Origin: Trueperaceae bacterium
GTDB lineage: Bacteria; Deinococcota; Deinococci; Deinococcales; Trueperaceae
DNA: 64,000 nucleotides
NCBI GenBank assembly: GCA_965213925.1
Contig: OZ243927.1
Span: 1,792,001 to 1,856,000, forward strand
Direction: 5' to 3'
Part shown: positions 9,256 through 18,449 of the stretch, one piece after another
Layout of the letters: every line of letters starts with the position of its first letter
How positions within the stretch are numbered: position 1 is the stretch's first letter
The notes under the pieces: generated by a model
Databases searched by the model: none
Seen by the model: the letters and a program-made list of their open reading frames with translations, nothing else
Told to the model about the DNA's origin: nothing
Made by a program: the position numbers and the translations under genes

Positions 9256-9944
9256 TAGGCGACCTCTTCAACCTCTTCAAACGTTCTTAAAATGGCGTCG
9301 GCATTGGGCGCTTCTGCTTGCACGCACGTCCAACCTCTTAGGACAATTGCTTCGCTCGTGCTCGGTCCTAATGAGATAAGTTTAACGCGCTTTCCGACCT
9401 TCTCGGGTAGCGCCTCGGCAGCGGAAGGGCTCGCGAGCACCACGGCGTCCACCTCTTGTTCTATTCGCCACGGGCAGGTCGCGGTTTCGTAGATTGTCAC
9501 GGAGGAAGTTTGGACACCGTGCGCCTCCAACCTCTCCTGCAGCGTTTTGAGTGAGCGGTTGCCTTGGGGCAAGCCTGCGCTGCCTCTAACCTCTTGTCGT
9601 AAAAAAGCGTCGGCTAAGCCTTCCGCGTTTTGCGGTTCTCCGGTGAGCGAGACTTTACCGCCGAAAGAATAGACAGCTCGAGCCGTCTTCTCGCCCACCA
9701 CGCCGACGTTCGGGTGGATGTTTCGAAACGGTAGACCTAGAGCGTGCCACGCTTCTACCGCATTGGGGCTAGTAAAGAGGAGCCAATCATAAGAGAGCAG
9801 CTTCTCGGCTCGACCTCTTACCTCTTCGCTCGTAAGAGGTTGCGTGCGGATGAGCGGCTGGCAAATAACCTCATGCCCGCATGACGTGAGCGCGTCGGCT
9901 AGCCCTGCCAAACGCCCTTCGGATTGGGTCAGCGCAATTTTCAT
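9255..9944 (-). CDS. hemD: Uroporphyrinogen-III synthase
   Basis: LFTSPNAV, VGEKTA, YET, ASPSAA motifs; lies between hemC and hemB. Confidence 0.9.
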   Translation of the reverse strand: MKIALTQSEGRLAGLADALTSCGHEVICQPLIRTQPLTSEEVRGRAEKLLSYDWLLFTSPNAVEAWHALGLPFRNIHPNVGVVGEKTARAVYSFGGKVSLTGEPQNAEGLADAFLRQEVRGSAGLPQGNRSLKTLQERLEAHGVQTSSVTIYETATCPWRIEQEVDAVVLASPSAAEALPEKVGKRVKLISLGPSTSEAIVLRGWTCVQAEAPNADAILRTFEEVEEVA

Positions 9945-9947
9945 ACC

Positions 9948-10844
9948 TTACGAGGTGACTTTGGGAGCAGGACGCCCTAACGCTTCGTAAGCCAAGAACG
10001 CCGCGCCTTCTGAAGATGGATGAGAGACGGTGACGCGCTCCCCCTCATACCAGGCGCTCAGCTCAATCTCGCCATTTTTGAGAACGCCGTGTGCGCCTAG
10101 AGCGAGCTGACAGCCGCCCTGGAGCATCGCCATGAGCCCGCGCTCGGCGGCGACGACCTTATACGCCTCCACCGAGTGAAGCTCGGTCAGCACGGAGGCT
10201 AACTCGAAGTCGTCGCGGCGGCACTCGAGCGCTAACACCCCCTGCGCGGGCGCGGGCACGAACAGCTCGGGTGAGAGAAAGCGCACCTCCAAATCGGAGA
10301 GGTCGAGGTCTAAACGCGCTAACCCTGCCGCCGCCAACACAACCGCGTCGTACTGAGCGTCGCGAAGTTTTTGCACTCGCGTCGGCACGTTGCCACGCAG
10401 CTCCCTAACCTCCAAGTCGGGGCGGAGGTAGAGGAGTTGCGCCTGCCTACGGGCGGCGCTCGTGCCTACTTTGGCGTTTTCTTTGAGGGGTAAATCGGCT
10501 GCGTCCAGGTCAAAAGCGTCCGGTCGGACGAGAAGTACGTCGCGCGGGTCTTCGCGCCCACTGATGGCGGCGATTTCCAAGCCCGGCATCGGCGCGCTCG
10601 GCAGGTCTTTATGCGAGTGAACCGCGACGTCCGCCTCGTTCGCGTTGACCGCGTCTTGCACCGCTTTGGTGAAGAATCCCTGCCCTTGCATCAGCTTGAA
10701 CGCATCCTGCTCCTTATCCCCTTGCGTCTCGATGAGGACGAGGTCGGTGGTGTGACCTAGCGACTCGAGCCTCGCCTTGACCCAGTTCGCCTGCCAGAGC
10801 GCCAGGTCACTCTTGCGCGTCGCGATGCGCACGGGTCTACTCAC
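9948..10844 (-). CDS. hemC: Hydroxymethylbilane synthase (porphobilinogen deaminase)
   Basis: ATRKSDLALWQA, AVHSHKDLP, RGNVPTR, cofactor Cys in LQGGCQ. Confidence 0.97.
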   Translation of the reverse strand: MSRPVRIATRKSDLALWQANWVKARLESLGHTTDLVLIETQGDKEQDAFKLMQGQGFFTKAVQDAVNANEADVAVHSHKDLPSAPMPGLEIAAISGREDPRDVLLVRPDAFDLDAADLPLKENAKVGTSAARRQAQLLYLRPDLEVRELRGNVPTRVQKLRDAQYDAVVLAAAGLARLDLDLSDLEVRFLSPELFVPAPAQGVLALECRRDDFELASVLTELHSVEAYKVVAAERGLMAMLQGGCQLALGAHGVLKNGEIELSAWYEGERVTVSHPSSEGAAFLAYEALGRPAPKVTS

Positions 10845-12024
10845 GGCGTCCCTCCGCTAAGCCCGCTTCCGTCAAGAAGGTCTTCGCCGCCTCTAAGCCG
10901 TGCTCTCTCGCCACCGCGCGCAGACCCTTGATCGGCACGTGCGCGAACTTGTGTGCCAGCTTTTCCGCGTCCTCTTTCGGGAGGGAGTCACCGATGGTCG
11001 CCAGGTACATCTCGCGTAACCTTTTGATCGAGGGTCCGAGTTGCCGCTCGGTCCAGTTGGATAGAGCGGCGTCCAGCTCGAGCTGGACGATCCTCTCCGC
11101 TTCAGCGAACTTGTGCGCCAGCGCGCCGCGCCGCCCCTGGCTGGCGCTCTGCAACGTGTCCACGTTCAGCACGAACAGCGCGCGGGCTTTCGCCGCCGCG
11201 CGGTTCACGTTGCGCGGGATGCCTAAGTCCACGGCGATGCTGAGGTTGGGGAGCTTCTCCAGCAGCGCTTCATCCACTAAGTCTTTGACGGGCGTGGCGC
11301 AGATGAGGGCGTCTACGTCAGGCGGCTGCGCCAGGAAGTCGGCTAGGGAGAGGCTCGAGACGCATATGCCCTTCTCGTTCGGGCTCGAGAGGTGCTTAGA
11401 GAGTTGTTGCGCTCGCTCGGGGTTGCGGTTCACGATGACGAGGTCCGTACCCGCGCGGCTCGCCAGCGTCTTCGCGGCGAGCGTCCCCATCTCGCCTGCA
11501 CCGATGATGGCGACCTTCGCCTGGTCCGGCAGGCGCTTCTCCAACTCGGGGCGCGCTAAGCTAAACAAAGAGGTGTTGAGAGGCGCGAGCGCGACCTCGC
11601 GGCGCACTTTCTTCGCGGTGCGTAGCGCCATGTGGAACGCGAACGAGGTCCGAGGTCCGGTCGTCCCCGCGTCTTGCGCCGCCCTAAACGCTTCACGGAC
11701 TTGCGCCATAATCTGGTCTTCGCCGGGGTTTAAGGAGTCGAGCGAGGCGGCGACGCGCGTGATCTGCTCCAACGCGCCGTCTTCAACATAAGCGTAAGGG
11801 CGCACGCTCTGACCCGGCGGCGTGAGGATATCTCTTGCGCCATTCAGAGTCATGCCGCCCGGTAAGACGACGACTAAGTCCCAGCGGTTGCAGGTGACGA
11901 TAGCGACGTGTTCGGCGAAACCTAGCTCTGCTAAGACCTCCGGGGTGAAGGTGGTTTGCCACGCCTCGAGCGCCGCCGCGCCGCCACGACGGTGTGAGAC
12001 GCCTATGAGTGCGAGTCTGTTCAC
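10837..12024 (-). CDS. hemA: Glutamyl-tRNA reductase
   Basis: TCNRW, GEDQIMAQV, GAGEMG, DLGIPRNV motifs. Confidence 0.95.
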   Translation of the reverse strand: MNRLALIGVSHRRGGAAALEAWQTTFTPEVLAELGFAEHVAIVTCNRWDLVVVLPGGMTLNGARDILTPPGQSVRPYAYVEDGALEQITRVAASLDSLNPGEDQIMAQVREAFRAAQDAGTTGPRTSFAFHMALRTAKKVRREVALAPLNTSLFSLARPELEKRLPDQAKVAIIGAGEMGTLAAKTLASRAGTDLVIVNRNPERAQQLSKHLSSPNEKGICVSSLSLADFLAQPPDVDALICATPVKDLVDEALLEKLPNLSIAVDLGIPRNVNRAAAKARALFVLNVDTLQSASQGRRGALAHKFAEAERIVQLELDAALSNWTERQLGPSIKRLREMYLATIGDSLPKEDAEKLAHKFAHVPIKGLRAVAREHGLEAAKTFLTEAGLAEGRRE

Positions 12025-12031
12025 ACCTTTT

Positions 12032-12074
12032 ATTTTATTCGGAATGATTCTGAAAGAGTGTCATAGAAGTGTCA
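12032..12074 (-). promoter_or_regulatory. hemA promoter: leaderless -10 plus direct repeats with an 11-bp period (OmpR/PhoB-type box)
   Basis: TAAAAT 7 nt before the GTG; TGACACT twice (plus strand AGTGTCA at 12057-12063 and 12068-12074) over the -35 zone. Confidence 0.6.
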
Positions 12075-12099
12075 AAATCAAAATATAGAGAAACAATCT

Positions 12100-13221
12100 T
12101 TAGAACAAAATCATTGAAGGCAGCCTCTTCTCAAACTCTTTCTCCCATTCCTTGGGAGCTTCAAAGGTTACAAATGCAGGCAATCGCGCCTCCATAAATT
12201 TGTTGCCGTTTTCTACACACTCACAAAGATAGTTGGCGCATCTATTGATTAGAAAGGGTTGCCGAAAGAGATGAAGTAGGGTACTCAACATATACTGTGC
12301 CACGAAACTCTGATGTTCCATATCGTCACTTTGCAGTTTTTTCCACACGATTTGTTCAAGCTTACTTTTGCTTTGTGGAGAAAGATATTCTGCTATATTA
12401 GAAATCCAGGTTGCATCAGTATTGCTAGTATACTTGCTTTCCGGTTCGTAAGTAGCACCTTCGACAGCCTCAATAAGTGCGTTCTCGGCTCTAAGACGAG
12501 GCATCTTTTGAATTCTAGGCCATAGATATGCAGGCAGTACTTTGACGGCTAGACTTATCTCGTATTCTTCCTGTACCTGCTGTAACTCGTCAGAAACAAC
12601 AAGAAGAAATTCATCAACTTCGTTTTCGGACAGCCTCTTCAACAAAATTTCTATTACAGGCTGAAAATTATCAGACTGCAGCCAAGTCTTCTGTCTGTAA
12701 AGTTCTATAATTGTGTCACTACGTTTTCGCACAGGAATTTTTTGAACCAATTCCTCAACGTAGTCTTGGTCTCTAACAAAGTACCTATCGGTTACCAACG
12801 AGATAAAACCCTCTATTGTGAATGACTGCTGGGATTCACCTAGAAAGTCCAGAAGATGATTTAGAAAAAGGATTATCGTGTCTGCTGTTTTCTTTGTGTC
12901 CTCTACTCGTTCGTGGCTACGAGGATTGCGGACGAAGGAATACATGCCCTTTAGCAACTCTTGAAGACCTATCTGTATATTTTTCTCGGTATCAGTCTGA
13001 AGCTTATTGACCTGAATTCTCGGCGATTTGCCCTTGCCAAAACCTAATGCTGCGCCGACAAGCTCTTTGCCATCGCCATCCAAACCTGACTTATCGCGAA
13101 GAACGTCAGTCAGAAAGCTCATTGCATCCTTAATTGCGTTCGTGTAGTTCTCCGACGTGTACGAGCCTTCGATAGCTACCCACAGTTCAGAGCTAATTTG
13201 CGTCTCGAGATTAACGTTAAT
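12100..13221 (-). CDS. TIGR02391-like protein, low GC
   Basis: GLDGDGKELV and YSFVRNPRSH motifs; frame stays open upstream of ATG 13122 (NLETQISSELWVAI...YTNAIKDA) to an ATT preceded by GGAG. Confidence 0.7.
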   Translation of the reverse strand: MNVNLETQISSELWVAIEGSYTSENYTNAIKDAMSFLTDVLRDKSGLDGDGKELVGAALGFGKGKSPRIQVNKLQTDTEKNIQIGLQELLKGMYSFVRNPRSHERVEDTKKTADTIILFLNHLLDFLGESQQSFTIEGFISLVTDRYFVRDQDYVEELVQKIPVRKRSDTIIELYRQKTWLQSDNFQPVIEILLKRLSENEVDEFLLVVSDELQQVQEEYEISLAVKVLPAYLWPRIQKMPRLRAENALIEAVEGATYEPESKYTSNTDATWISNIAEYLSPQSKSKLEQIVWKKLQSDDMEHQSFVAQYMLSTLLHLFRQPFLINRCANYLCECVENGNKFMEARLPAFVTFEAPKEWEKEFEKRLPSMILF

Positions 13222-13288
13222 AGCAGACTCCAGAAGGCGAAGTTAGTTGACTCATCTTAACTCAAAGAAGTCTGTTGGGCTGTTATCG

Positions 13289-13900
13289 TCAGCTTCCGAA
13301 TGCTAATGTTTTCTTCGCCCACTCGAGCAACCCCTCCGCCGCCCGCCCTCTATGGCTCACGCGCCGCTTCTCCTCGCTCGTCGCCTCAGCAAAGCCCTTC
13401 TCCAAGTCGTAGCTGTAAAAAACGGGGTCGTAACCAAAGCCTTCCCGACCTCTTGGCGCAGATAGAATCTCACCTTCGCAAACGCCTTCGAATGAGTTGA
13501 CCTCTCCTCCTGGCGAAATCAGCACGAGGCTACAGACGAAGCGTGCGCCGCGCTTTTTCTCAGGTACGTCGCGAAGTTTGTCCAAAAGATAGGTGACACG
13601 TTCCGCAGGGGAGAGGTCGCCGCCGAATCTGGCGGAGTAGAGTCCGGGCTCGCCGTTTAGGGCGTCGACTTCTAAGCCGGAATCGTCCGCCAATGTGAAA
13701 GCGTCCATCTGCGAGGCAATGATTTGAGAAGCAACGTGCTTAGCTTTGATAAGGGCGTTTTCTCGGTAGCTTTGACCCGTTTCCTCAGGAAACTCCGTGA
13801 CGCCGACCTCTTTCGCGGAGACGATTTCTGTATTGAGTTCTGCTAAAATCTCCCGAAACTCCGCCACTTTTCCCGCGTTGCCCGTCGCTAACACGATCAT
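13289..13900 (-). CDS. rdgB: Non-canonical purine NTP pyrophosphatase (Ham1/RdgB)
   Basis: ATGNAGK, ADDSGLEVDALNGEPG, GFGYDPVF, SHRG. Confidence 0.95.
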   Translation of the reverse strand: MIVLATGNAGKVAEFREILAELNTEIVSAKEVGVTEFPEETGQSYRENALIKAKHVASQIIASQMDAFTLADDSGLEVDALNGEPGLYSARFGGDLSPAERVTYLLDKLRDVPEKKRGARFVCSLVLISPGGEVNSFEGVCEGEILSAPRGREGFGYDPVFYSYDLEKGFAEATSEEKRRVSHRGRAAEGLLEWAKKTLAFGS

Positions 13901-14640
13901 CCCAAATCGCTCCGAATACGCTCAAAAATACGCTGCACGGCGGTGATACCCGAGGCGACGAGTTGCACGTAGGTCTCGGCGGGGATAGGTCTCTCTTCGC
14001 CGCCCCCTTGTACCTCGACAAGTTGTCCGTCGGCGGTGGCGATGACGTTCAAGTCCACCTCGGCGCGGCTGTCCTCACTGTACTCGAGGTCTACTAAGGA
14101 TACGCCTCCTACCACCCCGACGCTCACCGCACCGAGTTCGTGGGTGAGGGGCCATTCGTCTAAACTCCCCTTACGAATGAGTTTATTTGCCGCGTCGTGC
14201 AGAGCAGCGTAGCCCGCTAAGATGCCCGCGCAGCGCGTGCCGCCGTCCGCCTCGATCACGTCGATATCGACCGTCAGAGTTTTGCCGTTAAAGAGCGTCA
14301 AGTCGGTGACGCTGCGCAGAGCGCGCCCGATGAGCCGCTGAATCTCCTGCGTTCGTCCGCCCGAATAGAGCCGTTCGCGCTGGACTCGTTCGGGTGTACT
14401 GCGCGGTAAAAGGGCGTATTCGGCGGTGAGCCAGCCGCTTTTGTTGCCTTTACCGCGCAGGTGCGGCGGCAGTTTGCTCTCTATCGTCACGGTAGCAATC
14501 ACGCGGTTATGACCCCACTCGACGAGCGCGGAGCCCTCGGCGTGGCGGCTGTAGCTGGGCGTGAGCTTGATGCCCCGGAGTTGCCCCGGACCTCTATCTG
14601 AGCGCGCACGCGCTCCTTGGGTCTCTTGTGGCGGCGTCAT
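13897..14640 (-). CDS. rph: Ribonuclease PH
   Basis: GRTQEIQRLIGRALR, ADGGTRCA; coupled to rdgB. Confidence 0.95.
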   Translation of the reverse strand: MTPPQETQGARARSDRGPGQLRGIKLTPSYSRHAEGSALVEWGHNRVIATVTIESKLPPHLRGKGNKSGWLTAEYALLPRSTPERVQRERLYSGGRTQEIQRLIGRALRSVTDLTLFNGKTLTVDIDVIEADGGTRCAGILAGYAALHDAANKLIRKGSLDEWPLTHELGAVSVGVVGGVSLVDLEYSEDSRAEVDLNVIATADGQLVEVQGGGEERPIPAETYVQLVASGITAVQRIFERIRSDLG

Positions 14641-15004
14641 CGCACCGTCGACCTACGAGTCAACTGGTGCGTCAATTTGTGGTTGAAACGCTTCGGCTGA
14701 GGGGTTCCGAGCCCCGCTAACGTTGGAGAGTATAGAACACGCATGGCCCAAGCCTATCACTTGGAGGCTCGCCAACCTCTAGCCACGCCACTACACCCCG
14801 CTGCATTGCCCCTCTCTACCTGAAGGTTGGATGAACGCTCCATGTGACAAATTACCCATGCTCTTAAACGTTAGAAAGGTAACTTTAGAACTAGGAGAAC
14901 GTGCTGTGTAAGTTTTTCCTCTTGCGTCGTCCGCCAGGAGCGGGATGCTAGAGGATATACAACATGTAGCGCGGCTAAAAACCGTGCGCCAGAGGAGAAC
15001 CGTT

Positions 15005-16285
15005 ATGAAATACTTCTTGAACCTTTTGGGACCTGTGGGTAAGCTCACCCCCTTTATCCTCAGCCTCGTTCTGCTCGCCGCTTGCAGCAGCGTTCAGCCT
15101 GGGTTGCCAGCTACCCCGACGACAGATACCTATACTCACTCTTTGAGCGTCGACATTGACGCCTCGAGCCTCAAAGCAGAGGTCGAAGCGCGCTATGGCG
15201 GCGACGTTATCGTGTGGCGTCCCGAAGCGGGCTTCGCGGTTTTAGGACTGAGTGGAAAGAGCGCGCTCAGCACACAAGCTTTAGAGGGCGCGGTTATCGA
15301 ACCTAACCAGGACGAAGTCGCTGCGCCCGAAGCGGAGGTGGCGGCCTCGAGTGTGTGGGGTGGGGGAGAAAATGTTTGGTCCGGTGGGGAAAATGTTTGG
15401 TCCGGTGGAACTGACGCCATCTCAGAACCTACCCTGTCCCGGCAAAACGCCGATATTTGGTGGCAGGTCAACCTCGGCGGCGGTCTCGCATTAGCGCCGC
15501 GCAAAGGCTCGGGTGTCAAAGTTGCTGTGATCGACAGCGGCATCGACTTGCACCACCCTGCCTTTTCCAACCGCCTCGCCCCGCGTCACGAGTGGAAAGA
15601 CTTTGTCGACGGTGACACCTACCCTCAAGAGGAGCGCTCAGCGGAGGGCGAGAGCGGCAACTACGGTCACGGTACGGGCGTCGCGGGCATTGTTTTACAG
15701 GTGGCACCTAACGCGACGATTTTGCCCTTACGTGTGCTTGGCGCTGAAGGTATAGGGGATATCACCGACGTGGCGGCGGCGATAGACCACGCCCTCGCGT
15801 GGGGCGCGGACGTCATCAACCTCTCGCTAGGCACGAACGAGGACTCCGAGGTGCTCAACCGGATGCTCGCGCTGGCTGCCGAACGCAGAGTACTTATCAC
15901 CGCGTCGTCGGGCAATACGGGCGACGGCAACATTACCTATCCCGCTCGCAACGCTCGCGTCGGCGTAAAAGGAGGCGCGTACTTGCTGAGCGTCGGTAGC
16001 GTGAACGCCTACAACGCGCTTTCCACCTTCTCCACCTACGGCGAAGCGTTGGAGATGACCGCGCCCGGCGAATTCGTCTACACCGCTTTTCCCGATAACC
16101 GAGTCGGCTATTGGAGCGGCACGTCGTTCTCTGCCCCGATGGTGGCGGGCACCGTCGCCCTAGTTTTGGGGGAAGAAAGGGACGAAAAGGACGTGGCTAA
16201 AAAGTTGGACGAGCTTGTGAGAAACCACAGCTTGTATTACGTTCGTCTCAACGTCAGAGATTTTGTAGGCTGGGTCCTTGACTGA
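15005..16285 (+). CDS. S8 (subtilisin-like) serine peptidase, predicted lipoprotein
   Basis: Lipobox LLAAC; triad VIDSG / HGTGVAG / GTSFSAP; GGAG RBS before ATG 15005. Confidence 0.92.
   Translation: MKYFLNLLGPVGKLTPFILSLVLLAACSSVQPGLPATPTTDTYTHSLSVDIDASSLKAEVEARYGGDVIVWRPEAGFAVLGLSGKSALSTQALEGAVIEPNQDEVAAPEAEVAASSVWGGGENVWSGGENVWSGGTDAISEPTLSRQNADIWWQVNLGGGLALAPRKGSGVKVAVIDSGIDLHHPAFSNRLAPRHEWKDFVDGDTYPQEERSAEGESGNYGHGTGVAGIVLQVAPNATILPLRVLGAEGIGDITDVAAAIDHALAWGADVINLSLGTNEDSEVLNRMLALAAERRVLITASSGNTGDGNITYPARNARVGVKGGAYLLSVGSVNAYNALSTFSTYGEALEMTAPGEFVYTAFPDNRVGYWSGTSFSAPMVAGTVALVLGEERDEKDVAKKLDELVRNHSLYYVRLNVRDFVGWVLD
15353..15408 (+). repeat. 21-bp tandem repeat encoding VWGGG-ENVWSGG-ENVWSGG
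   Basis: GAAAATGTTTGGTCCGGTGG at 15368 and 15389, preceded by a degenerate copy. Confidence 0.9.
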
Positions 16286-16309
16286 TCGGCTAAGCCGCCA
16301 CGCTTGCAT

Positions 16310-18130
16310 TTAGCGCTTGACCTGATCTTTGCCGCCACGCTTGGCCTCGTACATCTTGTCGTCCGCGAGGCTGAGCATCTTTTCGTAGTCGAGCACTCGA
16401 ATATCATCCGTAAGCCCTATGCTCGCGGTGACCTGCAGGTCAGGATGCACGCTCCCCCAGGGGTAGGTTCTAATAGCGCGCCAAATCCGCTCGCAGATGA
16501 TGCTGGCTTCGTCTGCCGAGGTTTCGGGGAAGTAGCCGACAAATTCCTCACCGCCGTAGCGAGCGACCGTATCGATTTCGCGCACGCTGTTATGGAGAAG
16601 CTGCGCAACCGCCCGGAGCACCTCGTCGCCAACACGATGTGAAAATCTGTCGTTGATCTTTTTGAAGTCGTCGAGGTCGCAGATCACGACGCTGAGGTTG
16701 AGTCCGAAGCGGCGCGCGCGGGCGAACTCCTGCGCGAGCTGGATGTCGAAGTGGCGGCGGTTATAGAGACCCGTCAGGGCGTCCTCTCGCGCTTGCTGCT
16801 CGAGCTGGCTTAGAAGCTGCGACTTTTGATGGTTAGCGCGCTGCAGCGACTCAGTTAGTACCCTGAGCCCCTCGTTCGCTTGTGCTAGCTCCACATTTCG
16901 AAGGCGATAGATTTCCGTTTCTTTCTCGGCTTGCTCGATTTCAAACTGGACGCGCAGACTTTGGAGCTTGAGGTCTGAACTTTCGTTAAAAACTTTGTCT
17001 TTTGCTTCGATGTAGCGTTGCAGGTGCTCGAGCGCTTCGCGAAATACCCCTTTACGCCAGTACACCTCGGCGAGCGTTTCGTGCGTTTTGTAAATAACAG
17101 CCTGACTGCTAATTTGGTGAGCATATGCTAATGCTTCGTGGAGTGATGCGGTAGCTTCATCGTAGCGTTCCTCCTCTGACCACACTTGCGCTAGGAAAAC
17201 CTGAGTTTGTGCCCGACCTTTTAAGTCACCCGCTTCTTCTTTGATAGCTAAACTCTGCTTTAGAAATGCTTCAGCTTCCCTAAATTGCGCTAGTTCAAGA
17301 TGGGTTTGTCCCAAATGATCAAGTACAAAACTTTCGCCTAAACGATTTTCTAAAGTGTCCATCTGTTTCAAGCTTTTATCGCCGTAAGTACGTGCTTGTT
17401 CATAGTTACCAAGCTTGAGATAAGTGCGACCGATGTTACACAGACTAAATGCTTGAGTATATCTTTCTTCCGCAGCCTCACTAATTGCTAAACACTGCAA
17501 AAAGTACTTGAGCGCTTCGGAGTAACGTTTACGCTCGTAATAGATTGTACCCACATTATGTAGCGCTTCAACCTCTCCTGTGCGGTCGTCCAGCTCTCTG
17601 AAGAGCCGTAGGCTCCGTAAGTGATAGTCTAGAGCGTTGGCATAGTCGCCTATAAAAGCGTAGATTGTACCAATATTATTAAGTGTTCCCGCTTCGCCTC
17701 GAGCGTCGTCCAATTCAGCACACAGCTTCTGCGCCTCTAAAAACACCTTGAGCGCCCCCAAGAGGTCGCCCGTATCGCCGTAAATAATACCCAGAGTATT
17801 AAGCGCTCGCTGCAACCCTTCTCTATCTTTAAGCTGTTCAAAAAAGGTGCGCGCCTCCACCACGTTTGCGAGGGCGTCCTCGAGTTGCGAGAGGCGCATC
17901 TGGCAGTAGCCCTTCGTGAGCAGGCTGTAAGCTAAGCCTTGTGTATGTCGCAAGTCTCTGGCTAGCGCGTGGGCTTCTTGGCTCAACTCTAACGCCCGCC
18001 TCGTATCGACACGTCGCAACTCCCAAGCTAGCTCGCTGAGGAGTTCCAGGCGAGCCGCCGAATTTTCGTTCGTGACTCGCGTGAGGTTGTCCTCTAAATT
18101 CTTGACGCGCTCGGCTTGTTCGGTGTTCAT
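16310..18130 (-). CDS. TPR-repeat diguanylate cyclase (cytoplasmic)
   Basis: Several TPRs (ALNTLGIIY, TLNNIGTIY, ALHNVGTIY), coiled coil, DALTGLYNRR, RxxD I-site, GGEEF. Confidence 0.93.
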   Translation of the reverse strand: MNTEQAERVKNLEDNLTRVTNENSAARLELLSELAWELRRVDTRRALELSQEAHALARDLRHTQGLAYSLLTKGYCQMRLSQLEDALANVVEARTFFEQLKDREGLQRALNTLGIIYGDTGDLLGALKVFLEAQKLCAELDDARGEAGTLNNIGTIYAFIGDYANALDYHLRSLRLFRELDDRTGEVEALHNVGTIYYERKRYSEALKYFLQCLAISEAAEERYTQAFSLCNIGRTYLKLGNYEQARTYGDKSLKQMDTLENRLGESFVLDHLGQTHLELAQFREAEAFLKQSLAIKEEAGDLKGRAQTQVFLAQVWSEEERYDEATASLHEALAYAHQISSQAVIYKTHETLAEVYWRKGVFREALEHLQRYIEAKDKVFNESSDLKLQSLRVQFEIEQAEKETEIYRLRNVELAQANEGLRVLTESLQRANHQKSQLLSQLEQQAREDALTGLYNRRHFDIQLAQEFARARRFGLNLSVVICDLDDFKKINDRFSHRVGDEVLRAVAQLLHNSVREIDTVARYGGEEFVGYFPETSADEASIICERIWRAIRTYPWGSVHPDLQVTASIGLTDDIRVLDYEKMLSLADDKMYEAKRGGKDQVKR

Positions 18131-18363
18131 GAAGTATGCATCGCCCCTCACTTTTAGTGTATCTCGCTTTTCTCGAGAATGAAAGTCCGCAAAAACCAAA
18201 CCCTCTAGGGGCGCTCTCGCTACTAAACTGAGGCAGAAAAGACGGACTCGTTTAAAGCCTGAAGTGAATAGGGTTCGACTTCCGTGGTGTGGTCGTCTGG
18301 TCTAAAAATGTCCTGCGTGACGACCTCGTCAAGCCTCCCCTAATTTATGATGTACCCCACCGC

Positions 18364-18420
18364 TTGACAGAGACGCGCGTCTTTACCTATACTGAGCTTA
18401 CCTTATTTATTAAGGTAAGC
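18364..18420 (+). promoter_or_regulatory. Sigma70 promoter and perfect palindromic operator upstream of the lexA-like gene
   Basis: TTGACA (18364)-18 nt-TATACT (18388); GCTTACCTTA-TTTAT-TAAGGTAAGC at 18396-18420. Confidence 0.8.
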
Positions 18421-18449
18421 ACGAGGCTAAAGAAGGAGACTGTGGAGCT

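Noticed and set aside
9945..9958. Further TACCTTA/TAAGGT matches (9945, 25909, 43068, 52038)
   Set aside because: Isolated half sites with no partner half at N5 spacing, most inside or between coding sequences of unrelated genes
10928..11791. 287-aa plus-strand ORF and many similar antisense ORFs
   Set aside because: Shadow frames of well-supported genes in GC-rich DNA
15353..15408. Short repeats as a possible CRISPR array
   Set aside because: Tandem in-frame coding repeat without spacers; no cas genes and no array seen anywhere in the window
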